Source: Candidatus Moraniibacteriota bacterium
GTDB lineage: Bacteria; Patescibacteriota; Minisyncoccia; Moranbacterales; DUUL01
Length of the DNA stretch: 64,000 bases
Assembly (NCBI GenBank): GCA_041583775.1
Contig: JBFHFF010000005.1
Location: 43,988-107,987, forward strand
Direction: 5' to 3'
Part shown: positions 47,038 to 57,241 of the stretch, one piece after another
Layout of the letters: each line of letters opens with the position of its first letter
Position numbering within the stretch: position 1 is the stretch's first letter
Notes under the pieces: model-generated
Database searches by the model: none
Told to the model about the DNA's origin: nothing
What the model saw: the letters and a program-made list of their open reading frames with translations, nothing else
Position numbers and translations under genes: made by a program

Positions 47038-49032
47038 ATGGTTAATAAAGAAAGAACAAGCAAAGAGTATACCGCAAAATCGATTCAGGTATTGGAAGGA
47101 TTGGAGCCGGTCAGAAAGCGTCCGGGAATGTATATCGGTGGAACTTCTTTGGAAGGTTTGCATCATTTGATTTGGGAAATTGTGGCAAATTCAATTGATG
47201 AATCGATGGCTGGATATGGAAAGTTTATCAATGTAGTTATAGGAAAAGATAGCACGATAACAGTTTCTGATGAAGGTCGTGGAATCCCAGTTGATAAACA
47301 CAAACAGACAGGTCTAACAGCGCTTGAAACAATTTTTACAAAATTGCATGCTGGAGGAAAGTTCGGTGGTGATGATACTGGATATAAGGTTTCTGGTGGT
47401 CTTCATGGTGTTGGTGCGTCAGTTGTAAACGCTCTTTCTGTTTTAACTAGAGCCGAAATTCATAAAGATGGAAAGATTTGGATTCAGGAATACTCTAAGG
47501 GAATAACACAAGGAAAAGTTCAGGCAGTTGGGAAAACTGACAAAACTGGTTCCATTATTTCATTTAAACCAGATCCAGAAATTTTCCCTGAAATTGAATG
47601 GAACTGGAAGACGATTGTTGGTTATCTAAGACAACAAGCTTATTTAACAAAAGGAGTGCATTTTAAGTTAACTGACGAGAGATTTGAGGATGAAAAACAA
47701 AATAGAAGTATTGGTTTTTGTTTTGATGGAGGAATTCGTTCTTTTGTGCAGTTTGCAAATCGAAAAAAAGATGTTGTGCATCCAACGATTTTTTATGTAG
47801 AAAAAGAGAAGGATAATATGGTGGTCGAGGTTGCTATGCAATATCAAGATACTTTTAAAGACAAAGTTTCTTCATTTGCAAATAACATTCCTACAATCGA
47901 AGGAGGAACACACGAAACTGGTTTTCGTGCCTCACTTACAAGAGTGATTAATGATTATGCTCGAAAAAATAACATATTAAGAGAGAAGGAAAATAATTTA
48001 ACCTCTGACGATGTTCGAGAAGGTTTAACTGCTGTGGTTTCTGTGAAGTTACAAGATCCACAATTTGAGGGTCAGACAAAATCAAAACTTGGAAACTCTG
48101 AAGCAAGAACAATCACAAGTGCTGTTGTTTCAGAAGGTTTAGCGGAGTATTTTGAGGAAAATCCACAAGATGCGAAGATGATTATTATGAAAGGTTTGAT
48201 TTCTGCGAAAGCAAGACTTGCTGCAAAAGCTGCAAAAGATGCCGTTGTGAGGAAAGGTGTTTTGGAGGGAATGACACTTCCCGGAAAACTTGCTGACTGT
48301 TCTTCTCGTGATGCATCAAGAACAGAATTATATATCGTGGAGGGAGATTCTGCCGGTGGAAGTGCAAAACAGGGAAGGGATAGAAAGACTCAAGCCATTT
48401 TGCCATTAAAAGGAAAAATTTTGAATGTAGAGAAGGCGAGGTTAGACAGAATGCTCGCTTCTCAGGAAATTAAATCTCTTGTGATTGCTCTTGGAGCTGG
48501 AATTGGTGATCAAATGAATCTTGATAAATTGCGATATCACCGGGTTATTATAATGACAGATGCAGATGTTGATGGTTCCCATATTAGAACCCTACTGCTG
48601 ACTTTATTTTATCGTCATTTTGAGGAGTTATTAAAACGCGGTTATGTATATATTGCACAACCACCTTTATATCAAATTAAAGACGGGAAGAAAGAACATT
48701 ATGTTTATACCGATGAGGAGAAAGAAAAAGTTTTAGCTCAGATTGCAAAAAAGAGAGGAATGGCAATTGATCTTGAGATTAAAGAAGGGGATGAGGAAGC
48801 TGCAAAAATTTCAGGAGTTAGTCTTCAGAGATACAAAGGTTTGGGAGAAATGAATCCAACTCAACTTTGGGAAACTACTATGAACCCAGAAACTCGTGTG
48901 ATGTTGCAGGTTTCAATTGAGGATGCTGAACGAGCTGACGAAGCGTTTAGTGTTCTAATGGGAAGTGAGGTTGCGCCAAGAAAGAAGTTTATTCAATCAC
49001 ATGCAAATAAAGTTCAAAACTTGGATGTTTAG
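47038..49032 (+). CDS. gyrB: DNA gyrase subunit B
   Basis: VRKRPGMYIG, GGLHGVGASVVNALS, PGKLADC, VEGDSAGG, TDADVDG and QRYKGLGEMN motifs. Confidence 0.95.
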   Translation: MVNKERTSKEYTAKSIQVLEGLEPVRKRPGMYIGGTSLEGLHHLIWEIVANSIDESMAGYGKFINVVIGKDSTITVSDEGRGIPVDKHKQTGLTALETIFTKLHAGGKFGGDDTGYKVSGGLHGVGASVVNALSVLTRAEIHKDGKIWIQEYSKGITQGKVQAVGKTDKTGSIISFKPDPEIFPEIEWNWKTIVGYLRQQAYLTKGVHFKLTDERFEDEKQNRSIGFCFDGGIRSFVQFANRKKDVVHPTIFYVEKEKDNMVVEVAMQYQDTFKDKVSSFANNIPTIEGGTHETGFRASLTRVINDYARKNNILREKENNLTSDDVREGLTAVVSVKLQDPQFEGQTKSKLGNSEARTITSAVVSEGLAEYFEENPQDAKMIIMKGLISAKARLAAKAAKDAVVRKGVLEGMTLPGKLADCSSRDASRTELYIVEGDSAGGSAKQGRDRKTQAILPLKGKILNVEKARLDRMLASQEIKSLVIALGAGIGDQMNLDKLRYHRVIIMTDADVDGSHIRTLLLTLFYRHFEELLKRGYVYIAQPPLYQIKDGKKEHYVYTDEEKEKVLAQIAKKRGMAIDLEIKEGDEEAAKISGVSLQRYKGLGEMNPTQLWETTMNPETRVMLQVSIEDAERADEAFSVLMGSEVAPRKKFIQSHANKVQNLDV

Positions 49033-49092
49033 AGTTAACAAAATGCACATTATATAAAAAGATAAATTTTGGATAAAAATTAAAAACAAAAA

Positions 49093-50091
49093 ATGAAAGT
49101 AGCAATAAATGGTTTCGGTCGAATTGGAAGGCCTGTTACTAAAATAGGATTGGAAAATCCAAATGTTGAAATTGTGGCGATTAATGATTTGGGAAGTGTG
49201 GAGTCACTTGCTTATCTTTTGAAATATGACACCTCGTATGGTGTGTATCCGAAAGATGTTCAGATTAAAGATGGAAATTTGATTGTGAATGGAAGGGAAA
49301 TTAAAATTTTTAGTGAAATGGACCCCAAAAAACTTCCCTGGAAAGAATTGGGAGTGGAAGTTGTTTTTGAATGCACAGGCGTTTTTAAGGATAGAGCTGG
49401 TGCTTCTGCGCATCTTGAGGCTGGAGCAAAACAAGTTTTGATATCTTCTCCAACAAAAGATGAGAGTTTGAAAACAATTGTTTTGGGTGTCAATGATAAT
49501 GAAATAATGGATGGAGATGAAATTCTTTCTATGGCATCTTGCACAACAAATTGTATTGCCCCTGTAATGAAAGTTTTGGAAGATAAATTTGGGATTGAAA
49601 AGTCACTGATGACAACAATTCATAGTTATACAGCAACCCAAGCATTGATTGATGGACCTTCTAAAAAAGACTTTAGAGAGGGTCGAGCGGCAGCGTTGAA
49701 TGTTATTCCTTCAACCACTGGAGCTGCTCTTGCTGCTGCAAAAACAATTCCGGCGCTTGAAGGCATTTTTGATGGAATGGCATTTAGGGTTCCAACTGCC
49801 GTTGGTTCAGTGAGTGACATTGTTGTATTATTAAAAAAGGATGTAACTGAGGACGAAGTTAATGGGGTACTTGAAGATGCTGCAAAAAGCCATATGAATG
49901 GAATTATGCACATAACAGATGAACCACTTGTGTCGCATGATATAGTTGGGAGTAGTTATTCTGTAATTGTTCAAAAAGAATTAACGAAAGTCGTTGGTGG
50001 GAATTTGGTGAAAATTGTTGGATGGTATGATAACGAATGGGGTTATTCCACAAGACTAGTTGATTTGGCTGTGAAATTGTTTCATAAATAG
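49093..50091 (+). CDS. gap: Type I glyceraldehyde-3-phosphate dehydrogenase
   Basis: INGFGRIGR, ASCTTNC and WYDNEWGYS motifs. Confidence 0.97.
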   Translation: MKVAINGFGRIGRPVTKIGLENPNVEIVAINDLGSVESLAYLLKYDTSYGVYPKDVQIKDGNLIVNGREIKIFSEMDPKKLPWKELGVEVVFECTGVFKDRAGASAHLEAGAKQVLISSPTKDESLKTIVLGVNDNEIMDGDEILSMASCTTNCIAPVMKVLEDKFGIEKSLMTTIHSYTATQALIDGPSKKDFREGRAAALNVIPSTTGAALAAAKTIPALEGIFDGMAFRVPTAVGSVSDIVVLLKKDVTEDEVNGVLEDAAKSHMNGIMHITDEPLVSHDIVGSSYSVIVQKELTKVVGGNLVKIVGWYDNEWGYSTRLVDLAVKLFHK

Positions 50092-50106
50092 AGTTTAGGA
50101 TTCAGG

Positions 50107-50142
50107 AAAAGCCTATTTCGTATTAAAATGAAATAGGCTTTT
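50107..50142 (+). terminator. Intrinsic terminator
   Basis: AAAAGCCTATTTC...GAAATAGGCTTTT after gap. Confidence 0.75.
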
Positions 50143-50415
50143 TATTTTTGCGATATTCAATTATCGAAAAAGGATTGGTGTTTTTGAATAAAATTAATAT
50201 AGATTAAATCTAAGTAAATTTTAGATTTATTCATATTTACAAGCACATTTTATCTCTTGCAATAAATCCAAGAATGCTTCATAGTTGTAGTGTTGGTGTG
50301 ATGAAATAAATCCCCAAAAGAAACACTTCTTGACTTGTTGGTATTATGTGTTTATTACAAGCAAGGGGCTTAATGTGGGTGCTTGGAAAGGCAAAATTAA
50401 AATTAGAAAAGTGCT

Positions 50416-51816
50416 ATGAATTTAAAAAATAAAAAAGTTACAGTGATGGGAATAGGGCTTCACGGCGGTGGGGTAGCTACTATTCAATGGTTAGCGAAAC
50501 AAGGTGCGCGTGTTTTTGCAACTGATACAAAAACAAAAGAAGAGTTGCAAAAATCTTTGGACAAGATAGTCAAGCTGAAAAATGTAGAGATAATAACTGG
50601 GCAACACCGAATGGAGGATTTCACAAGCGTTGATTTGGTTATTAAAAATCCAGCAGTTTCTTGGAAAAATAAATATATAAAAGCGGCTCTTGAACATAAA
50701 ATTCCTGTTGAAGTAGATTCTGGTTTATTTATGAAGCATTGCCCAACGAAAAATATCATAGGAGTTACTGGAACAAAAGGAAAAACAACCACAGCACTCT
50801 TAATAGCGCATATACTTCGTGAAGGTGGTAAACATGTCGTTGAAGTGGGAATTGGACAGGGTGCTGTTATGGATAAACTTTCTGAAATAAAAAAGGATTC
50901 GTTTGTGGTTTTTGAACTTTCTTCTTGGCGACTCAGTGCTTTTGAGCAAATTGAAAAAAGTCCACATATTGCAGTTATTACAAATATCTTTCCTGATCAT
51001 TTGAATTATTATGGCACAATGGAAAATTATGTTTCTGATAAGGAGAATATCTTTAAATTTCAAAAAAAGGAAGATTTTCTGATTATCAATAACAATCAAA
51101 TCGAATATTTTGAAGAATTTTCTGAAAAAACAAAGGCAAAAAAAGTTTCATTTTCTAACGATGAAAATAAGACATATTGTGGTTTGTTTGTTGAAAATGA
51201 GAAGGCTAAATATGAATGCGGGAGTGATAAATTTGATATTTTTGAAATCAAAGAAATTGCTCTTAGAGGAAAACATAATTTATCGAATGTTCTTGCTGCA
51301 AGTGCTGTGGCTATTTTGAGTAATGTGTCATTGTTGGATATTAAAAGGGCTATAAAAACATTTTCCAGCGTCAAGCATCGTTTGGAATATATCGGGAAGA
51401 GGAAAGGAGTCGCGTATTATAACGATACGACCGCAACAACACCGGAAGCTGCAATTGTTGGGATTGAGTCATTTTCTCGTCCAATGCATTTGATTTGTGG
51501 AGGGTCTAATAAAAATTTAGACATGAGATCTCTTGCTCGTAAAATTGCTATGGATGATAATGTGATTTCAGTTTCACTTTTAAAGGGAGAAGCGACTGAA
51601 AAGTTAATTAAATTTTTAAGAGAATTTGATGGGGCGTCAGAAAAAATCGAAGGTTTGCATAGTGAAATTAAAAGTGCGGTTAACCATCTTTACTTGATAG
51701 CGAAGGAAGGAGAGATAATACTTCTTTCGCCAGGATGTGCTAGTTTCGGGATGTTTTTAAATGAATTTGATAGAGGTGACCGCTTTAAGAGTGTTGTTGA
51801 AGCGCTTGAGAAATAA
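50416..51816 (+). CDS. murD: UDP-MurNAc-L-Ala:D-Glu ligase
   Basis: GTKGKTTT, ELSSW, PDHLNYY, HRLE, YNDTTAT and LSPGCASF...RG motifs. Confidence 0.93.
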   Translation: MNLKNKKVTVMGIGLHGGGVATIQWLAKQGARVFATDTKTKEELQKSLDKIVKLKNVEIITGQHRMEDFTSVDLVIKNPAVSWKNKYIKAALEHKIPVEVDSGLFMKHCPTKNIIGVTGTKGKTTTALLIAHILREGGKHVVEVGIGQGAVMDKLSEIKKDSFVVFELSSWRLSAFEQIEKSPHIAVITNIFPDHLNYYGTMENYVSDKENIFKFQKKEDFLIINNNQIEYFEEFSEKTKAKKVSFSNDENKTYCGLFVENEKAKYECGSDKFDIFEIKEIALRGKHNLSNVLAASAVAILSNVSLLDIKRAIKTFSSVKHRLEYIGKRKGVAYYNDTTATTPEAAIVGIESFSRPMHLICGGSNKNLDMRSLARKIAMDDNVISVSLLKGEATEKLIKFLREFDGASEKIEGLHSEIKSAVNHLYLIAKEGEIILLSPGCASFGMFLNEFDRGDRFKSVVEALEK

Positions 51817-51863
51817 AAAAATAATGCTTTTTATAATTTAATAAAGAATAAATCTAAATAGTC

Positions 51864-52919
51864 ATGAGGAAAATAGTAGGTATTTTGGCAGTTCTTGTGT
51901 TGGTTTTGTCTGTCATTTTATTTTTTATTTATAATTGGATTGAGGAAGGTGCATTTGAAAGCTCTACAAGTGAGTCAAATATTTTGCAAAATTTTGAGGT
52001 CAAAGAAGGTGAGGGCGTGAAGGTGATAGCTTCACGACTTGCCAAAGATAAGCTTATAAAGAATGAGAAGTTCTTTCTTTATTATATCTGGAAGACTAAA
52101 AAAGATTCAAGTTTACAGGCTGGAACCTATGAAATTTCACCTGATATGACAATTTTGCAAATAGTGGATAAACTTGAAGGAGGACGGGTAAAGAAAGATG
52201 TTTTGAAGCTAACTGTTCCAGAGGGATTTACGAATAAGAAAATTATTAATCTTTTAAGCGAAAAAGAGCCAAAAATTGTGGATGAATTTACTGAAATAGT
52301 ACAATGCAAATGTTTGAATGAGGTTGATTGCGGGTGTGATAAATTTAGTGAAAAATATGATTTTATAGCTAAGATCCCAACCGGAATTGATATGGAGGGC
52401 TATCTTTTTCCTGATACATATTTTATTGATAAAGACGAGACTGGAGCAACTCTGGCTAGCAAATTTTTGAATAACTTTAGCAAAAAAGTTGATACCAGTT
52501 TATTGGCTAAAATTGAAACAAGCGGAAAGAGTTTGCATGAAGTTATAACTTTGGCATCTATAGTTGAACGGGAGGTGCCAACAGAAGAGGATGCAAAAAT
52601 GGTGGCTGGTGTTTTTAAAAACAGACTTGAAACAGGAATGGCATTGGAAAGTTGCGCCACGCTAGCATATTTTCAGGGTGTTGATAAGCGCCAATTCTCT
52701 TTTGATGACACGAGAGTGGAGTCACCATACAATACTTATATTAACACTGGACTTCCACCAGGACCAATTTCTAATCCAGGGTTAATATCTATAAGAGCAA
52801 CCGTTGAGCCGACTGAAAATGATTATATCTTTTTTCTTTCTGATTTTGAAACAGGAGAAACCATCTATTCTAAAACCCTTGATGAGCATGTTGCTAATAA
52901 AAATAAACATGGATTGTAG
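51864..52919 (+). CDS. mltG: Endolytic transglycosylase MltG
   Basis: EGYLFPDTY, LASIVERE and SPYNTY..GLPPGPISNPG motifs. Confidence 0.95.
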   Translation: MRKIVGILAVLVLVLSVILFFIYNWIEEGAFESSTSESNILQNFEVKEGEGVKVIASRLAKDKLIKNEKFFLYYIWKTKKDSSLQAGTYEISPDMTILQIVDKLEGGRVKKDVLKLTVPEGFTNKKIINLLSEKEPKIVDEFTEIVQCKCLNEVDCGCDKFSEKYDFIAKIPTGIDMEGYLFPDTYFIDKDETGATLASKFLNNFSKKVDTSLLAKIETSGKSLHEVITLASIVEREVPTEEDAKMVAGVFKNRLETGMALESCATLAYFQGVDKRQFSFDDTRVESPYNTYINTGLPPGPISNPGLISIRATVEPTENDYIFFLSDFETGETIYSKTLDEHVANKNKHGL

Positions 52920-52928
52920 GATGAGATT

Positions 52929-54053
52929 ATGATATTTAAAGCCAATTATTTTGCAAAATTTGATTTAATTGTTATTGTGGCAATGTTTTTTTTGATTGCT
53001 ACAGGATTAATTGCAATATTTTCACTCTCTTTGGAATCAGAAAGAGTTGGTTTTAGTAATTTCGAAAAACAATCTGTTCATATTTTGATTGCAAGTATAG
53101 TTTTTTTATTTTTTAGTTTGGTTGATTATCGAATATGGAAGAGTCATAGTGGTAATTTGTATTTAATCGGAGTGGTTCTTTTAGTAGCAGTTCTTTTTTT
53201 TGGGGACAATATCCGTGGAACATCTGGTTGGTTTAAGTTGGGATTTTTCAATATTCAACCAGCTGAGTTTGTGAAGTTGGCATTAATCATAGCACTTGCT
53301 CGTTATTTCTCTCAAATTAAACCAAATTTAATTTCCCTTAAGCACCTTTTGGTTTCGTTTGGTTATGTTTCAATCCCTGTTTTTTTGGCCGTCAAGCAAC
53401 CAGATATGGGCTCCGCTGTTGTGATGATTATGATTTGGTTTGCTATGGTGTTGCTTTCTGGTATAAATAAAAAATATATTTTTGGTATCGTAGTTATAGG
53501 ACTTTTAATAATTGTTTTTGGATGGGGTTTCCTTTTAAAACCGTATCAAAAAGATAGGGTTCAATCTTTTTTGAATCCCGGAAATGATCCATTAGGGGAT
53601 GGATACAATGTAATTCAATCTATGGTAGCAGTTGGTTCCGGTGGAGTTCATGGGAAAGGTGTTGGGCATGGTTCTCAAAGTAAGCTTAATTTTCTCCCCG
53701 AAAAGCATACAGATTTTATATATGCTACAATTGCTGAAGAGAGAGGTCTTGTTGGTGTGGGAATAGTTATTGGTCTTTTTGGGGTATTATTGTATCGGCT
53801 AAGGACCACTTATAGATTCGCTAGAGACTCTTTTGGGAAATTTATAGTAGGTGGAGTTACAATGGTTATATTTTTTCAAGCTTTTGTTAATATTGGTATG
53901 AATATTGGAATTATGCCAGTAGCTGGACTCTCTTTGCCTTTTTTGAGCTATGGTGGTAGTTTTATTCTAATAACAATGGCTTTTATGGGGTTAACACAAA
54001 GTGTTTGGATCAGAAGGATTAAAAGTGATAATGAAACTGGTTTCTGGGGATAA
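52929..54053 (+). CDS. rodA: SEDS peptidoglycan polymerase RodA
   Basis: QPAEFVK, QPDMG, GYNVIQSMVAVGSGG, LPEKHTDFI and LPFLSYGGS motifs. Confidence 0.9.
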   Translation: MIFKANYFAKFDLIVIVAMFFLIATGLIAIFSLSLESERVGFSNFEKQSVHILIASIVFLFFSLVDYRIWKSHSGNLYLIGVVLLVAVLFFGDNIRGTSGWFKLGFFNIQPAEFVKLALIIALARYFSQIKPNLISLKHLLVSFGYVSIPVFLAVKQPDMGSAVVMIMIWFAMVLLSGINKKYIFGIVVIGLLIIVFGWGFLLKPYQKDRVQSFLNPGNDPLGDGYNVIQSMVAVGSGGVHGKGVGHGSQSKLNFLPEKHTDFIYATIAEERGLVGVGIVIGLFGVLLYRLRTTYRFARDSFGKFIVGGVTMVIFFQAFVNIGMNIGIMPVAGLSLPFLSYGGSFILITMAFMGLTQSVWIRRIKSDNETGFWG

Positions 54054-54075
54054 TCAATTAATAAGAGTAATAACA

Positions 54076-55140
54076 ATGACAAAACGCAAGAAAACAAGAA
54101 AGGTAAAAATTGGTAATCTTATAATTGGAGGTGGGGAGCCGGTTAGGGTTCAGTCAATGACTAATACTGACACAAGAGATATTAAAAAAACTATTTTGCA
54201 GATTAAAGAGCTTGAAAAAGCTGGGTGTGAGATTGTGAGGGTTGCTATCCCAGATATGATTGCTGCCAAGGCTATCTCTGAAATAAAAAAGAAAATATCA
54301 ATCCCCTTGGTAGCAGATATTCATTTTTCAGCTGAACTCGCGATGGAAGTGATTCGTCAAGGAATTGACAAGGTAAGAATTAATCCGGGCAATGTAAAGC
54401 CGGCTAAAAAAATTAAAGAAGTAGTTTTAGCTTGTAAAGAAAGAAACATTCCCATTAGAATTGGTATAAATGCTGGATCATTGGAGCAAGAAATCTTGGA
54501 TAAATTTAATGGAAAAGCAACAGCGAGAGGAATGGTTCAATCTGCTATGAAGCACATTAAGATATTGGAAGAGCTTGGATTTAAAGACATTGTAATTTCA
54601 CTCAAAGCTTCTGATATTGAAAGGACTGTGGAGGCTTATCGTGAATTAAGTGAAAAAGTGGATTATCCTTTACATGTTGGTGTTACTGAGGCGGGAACAA
54701 AATTTCGAGGGACAGTCATGAGTTCAATTGGAATAGGGACTTTGTTATATGATGGCATAGGGGATACGATTCGAGTTTCTTTGACAGACAAGCCAGTCGA
54801 AGAAATTCCAGTGGCATGGGAGATTTTATCGGCGCTTGATTTGAGACATCGAAAACCTACTGTTACGAGTTGTCCAACCTGTGGAAGAACAGAGATAGAT
54901 ATGGTTAAATTGGCAAAGGAGGTCGAGGTTTTGGTAGAGAATTTCCCCAAAAAACTTCATATTGCAGTAATGGGTTGCGTTGTAAATGGTCCTGGTGAAG
55001 CCAAAGAAGCAGATATAGCTGTAATTGGTGGAAAGGGTGTAGGTTTAATTTGCAGAAAAGGCAAGATAATAAAAAAGGTTAATGAAAAGGATTTGTTGAA
55101 AGAGTTCAAAAAGGAGCTGGAAAAGGAGTTGAGAAAATAA
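54076..55140 (+). CDS. ispG: 4-hydroxy-3-methylbut-2-en-1-yl diphosphate synthase
   Basis: VQSMTNT, ADIHF, RINPGN, GVTEAG, GIGDTIRVSL, SCPTCGR and MGCVVNGPGEA motifs. Confidence 0.97.
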   Translation: MTKRKKTRKVKIGNLIIGGGEPVRVQSMTNTDTRDIKKTILQIKELEKAGCEIVRVAIPDMIAAKAISEIKKKISIPLVADIHFSAELAMEVIRQGIDKVRINPGNVKPAKKIKEVVLACKERNIPIRIGINAGSLEQEILDKFNGKATARGMVQSAMKHIKILEELGFKDIVISLKASDIERTVEAYRELSEKVDYPLHVGVTEAGTKFRGTVMSSIGIGTLLYDGIGDTIRVSLTDKPVEEIPVAWEILSALDLRHRKPTVTSCPTCGRTEIDMVKLAKEVEVLVENFPKKLHIAVMGCVVNGPGEAKEADIAVIGGKGVGLICRKGKIIKKVNEKDLLKEFKKELEKELRK

Positions 55141-55167
55141 ACTATTTTAGTTAATTAATAATAAGAA

Positions 55168-56058
55168 ATGAATTATAAAATTGCTAAAACCGCTGGTTTT
55201 TGCGGAGGAGTGAAGAAGGCTTTTCTTATGGTAGAAAAGAGATTTAAGGGAAAGGTTAATGGTGAGAGAATTTTTATCCTTGGTCCCCTTGTACACAATG
55301 AAAATGTTATGAAAACAATTGCTGAAATGGGAATAAAAAGAATTGATTCAATTGATTCTTTGGAAAAGGGAGATGTGGTTATCATAACAGCGCATGGAGT
55401 TGGCAGAGATGTTTTCGATAAAATAAAAAACAAGGGTGCAAAAGCTTTTGATGCGACTTGCCCCAAAGTGTCAATGGTTCAGAACTGTGCTAGAGAATAT
55501 TTTGAAAAATGTTTTGAAGTGGTGATTTTCGGGGATAGAGAACATAAAGAGATTCGAGGGATTAATGGGTGGTGTGAAAACAAAGCAACAATAGTAGCTA
55601 ATTTTGAGGAAGTGAATAAATTGATTGCAGAAATTGAAAAAGGTAGAATTAAAAAACCAATTTTATTAATCTCACAAACAACTCAAAATATCAACAACTT
55701 TGAAAAAGTGAAAAAAATGCTAACAGAGGCTGTTAATAAACAAAAAGGAACAATTGAAGTTGTTGATACAATTTGTCGAGCAACTTTTGTTCGACAAAAA
55801 GAAGCGCTAGAAATAGCAAGAGATATGGATGCAGTGATTGTTATTGGAGGTAGAAGTAGTTCTAATACAAAACAGCTTTGGAGAATTGTTCAAAAAGAAA
55901 ACCCAAAAACTATTTGGATTGAAGATCCCGTAGAATTGAAAATGAAGGAGAATCAAGAGTTTATAAAGAATGCAAAATCTATTGGAGTTGTGTCTGGAGC
56001 ATCTACATCAACTAACGACATTGAAAAAGTGAGTGAAATTGTTAAAAATTGTGATTAG
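55168..56058 (+). CDS. ispH: 4-hydroxy-3-methylbut-2-enyl diphosphate reductase
   Basis: GFCGGV, VHN, TAHG, DATCP, QTT, DTICRAT, SSNT and GAST motifs. Confidence 0.95.
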   Translation: MNYKIAKTAGFCGGVKKAFLMVEKRFKGKVNGERIFILGPLVHNENVMKTIAEMGIKRIDSIDSLEKGDVVIITAHGVGRDVFDKIKNKGAKAFDATCPKVSMVQNCAREYFEKCFEVVIFGDREHKEIRGINGWCENKATIVANFEEVNKLIAEIEKGRIKKPILLISQTTQNINNFEKVKKMLTEAVNKQKGTIEVVDTICRATFVRQKEALEIARDMDAVIVIGGRSSSNTKQLWRIVQKENPKTIWIEDPVELKMKENQEFIKNAKSIGVVSGASTSTNDIEKVSEIVKNCD

Positions 56059-56123
56059 AAAAGGCTTTATCACTTTATAGAGGGTTGACCTAATGGAAAA
56101 ATATTGTTATATTGTTTAATGTT

Positions 56124-56411
56124 ATGAGACAAGAAAATACTACATTGGTTAATTGCAGTGTTTGTAATGAGTTATATCGAGCAGGCAATGCAAAAATGGT
56201 AGGGAGTAGAAACAACTCCTTAGTTGTTCATATTCATTGTGAAAATTGCAAATCTTCAACATTAACAATAATTTCCAAGAGTCCAACGGGCGATAATACT
56301 ATAACTATGGGAATGCTTACAGATTTGGATTACGGAGAGGCAGTTGAGTCAATGAAAATGAAAGCCATTGATGCAAATGAGGTTCTTGATATCATAAAAG
56401 AAATTGAATAA
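56124..56411 (+). CDS. Small zinc-ribbon-like hypothetical protein
   Basis: CSVC...CENC and TDLDYGEA. Confidence 0.7.
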   Translation: MRQENTTLVNCSVCNELYRAGNAKMVGSRNNSLVVHIHCENCKSSTLTIISKSPTGDNTITMGMLTDLDYGEAVESMKMKAIDANEVLDIIKEIE

Positions 56412-56517
56412 GACTTTATCGAATAAAAATTTCGGTTTATGTTGGTTTGATTTATTTTTTATTGGTTTTTATTAAATAATATAAGGGAGATTTCCCCTAA
56501 GCGTTAAAAAAGTTAAG

Positions 56518-57183
56518 ATGGAAGAAATTACATTAAAAGCAAGAGTTCGAAAAGAAGGTGAGAAATTAGCAGAGAATAGTCGAGAAATCCCAGCTGTTGT
56601 ATATGGAAAGAAAATCGGGAGTATTGCTATTTTTGTGAATTTATCAGAGCTAAATAGAACATTTAACAATGCAGGTGAAAGTACGGTTATAAACCTGTTA
56701 GTTGAGGATGAGAAAGGTAAAAGCACAAGCTATAAAACATTGATTTATGATTATCAAACGGAATCAATTGGAAATGAATTTATGCATGTTGATTTCTTTA
56801 ATATTGAAATGGATAAGAAGATTGAAACCAATGTTGAATTGGAATTTATTGGGGAATCCATTGCAGTAAAAGAATTAGGTGGAATTTTTGTGAGAAATAT
56901 TGATTCAGTTGAAGTTCAATGTTTACCAGCTGATTTGCCTGGAAAAATTGATGTAGATATTTCAACGATTGATTCTTTTGATAAGAATATTTATGTAAGA
57001 GATCTTATTGTTGGGAATAAAGTAATCATTTTAACTGATGAAAGTGTTTCTGTAGCTTCAGTTAGTGCGCCTCGAACAAAAGAAGATGTTGAGAGCCTTG
57101 ATGAAAAAGTTGATACCGACATTTCTCAAGTTGAAGGAATGGAGGAAAAGGAAGCTGAAAAAAAAGAGGAGTTGAAAAAATAG
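56518..57183 (+). CDS. rplY: 50S ribosomal protein L25 (CTC-type)
   Basis: IPAVVYG, HVDF and CLPADLP motifs. Confidence 0.93.
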   Translation: MEEITLKARVRKEGEKLAENSREIPAVVYGKKIGSIAIFVNLSELNRTFNNAGESTVINLLVEDEKGKSTSYKTLIYDYQTESIGNEFMHVDFFNIEMDKKIETNVELEFIGESIAVKELGGIFVRNIDSVEVQCLPADLPGKIDVDISTIDSFDKNIYVRDLIVGNKVIILTDESVSVASVSAPRTKEDVESLDEKVDTDISQVEGMEEKEAEKKEELKK

Positions 57184-57241
57184 TAATTTAATTAACTAGA
57201 ATTATTTTTCGAGAGTTAATTCTCTAAAAACTTATTTCTGA

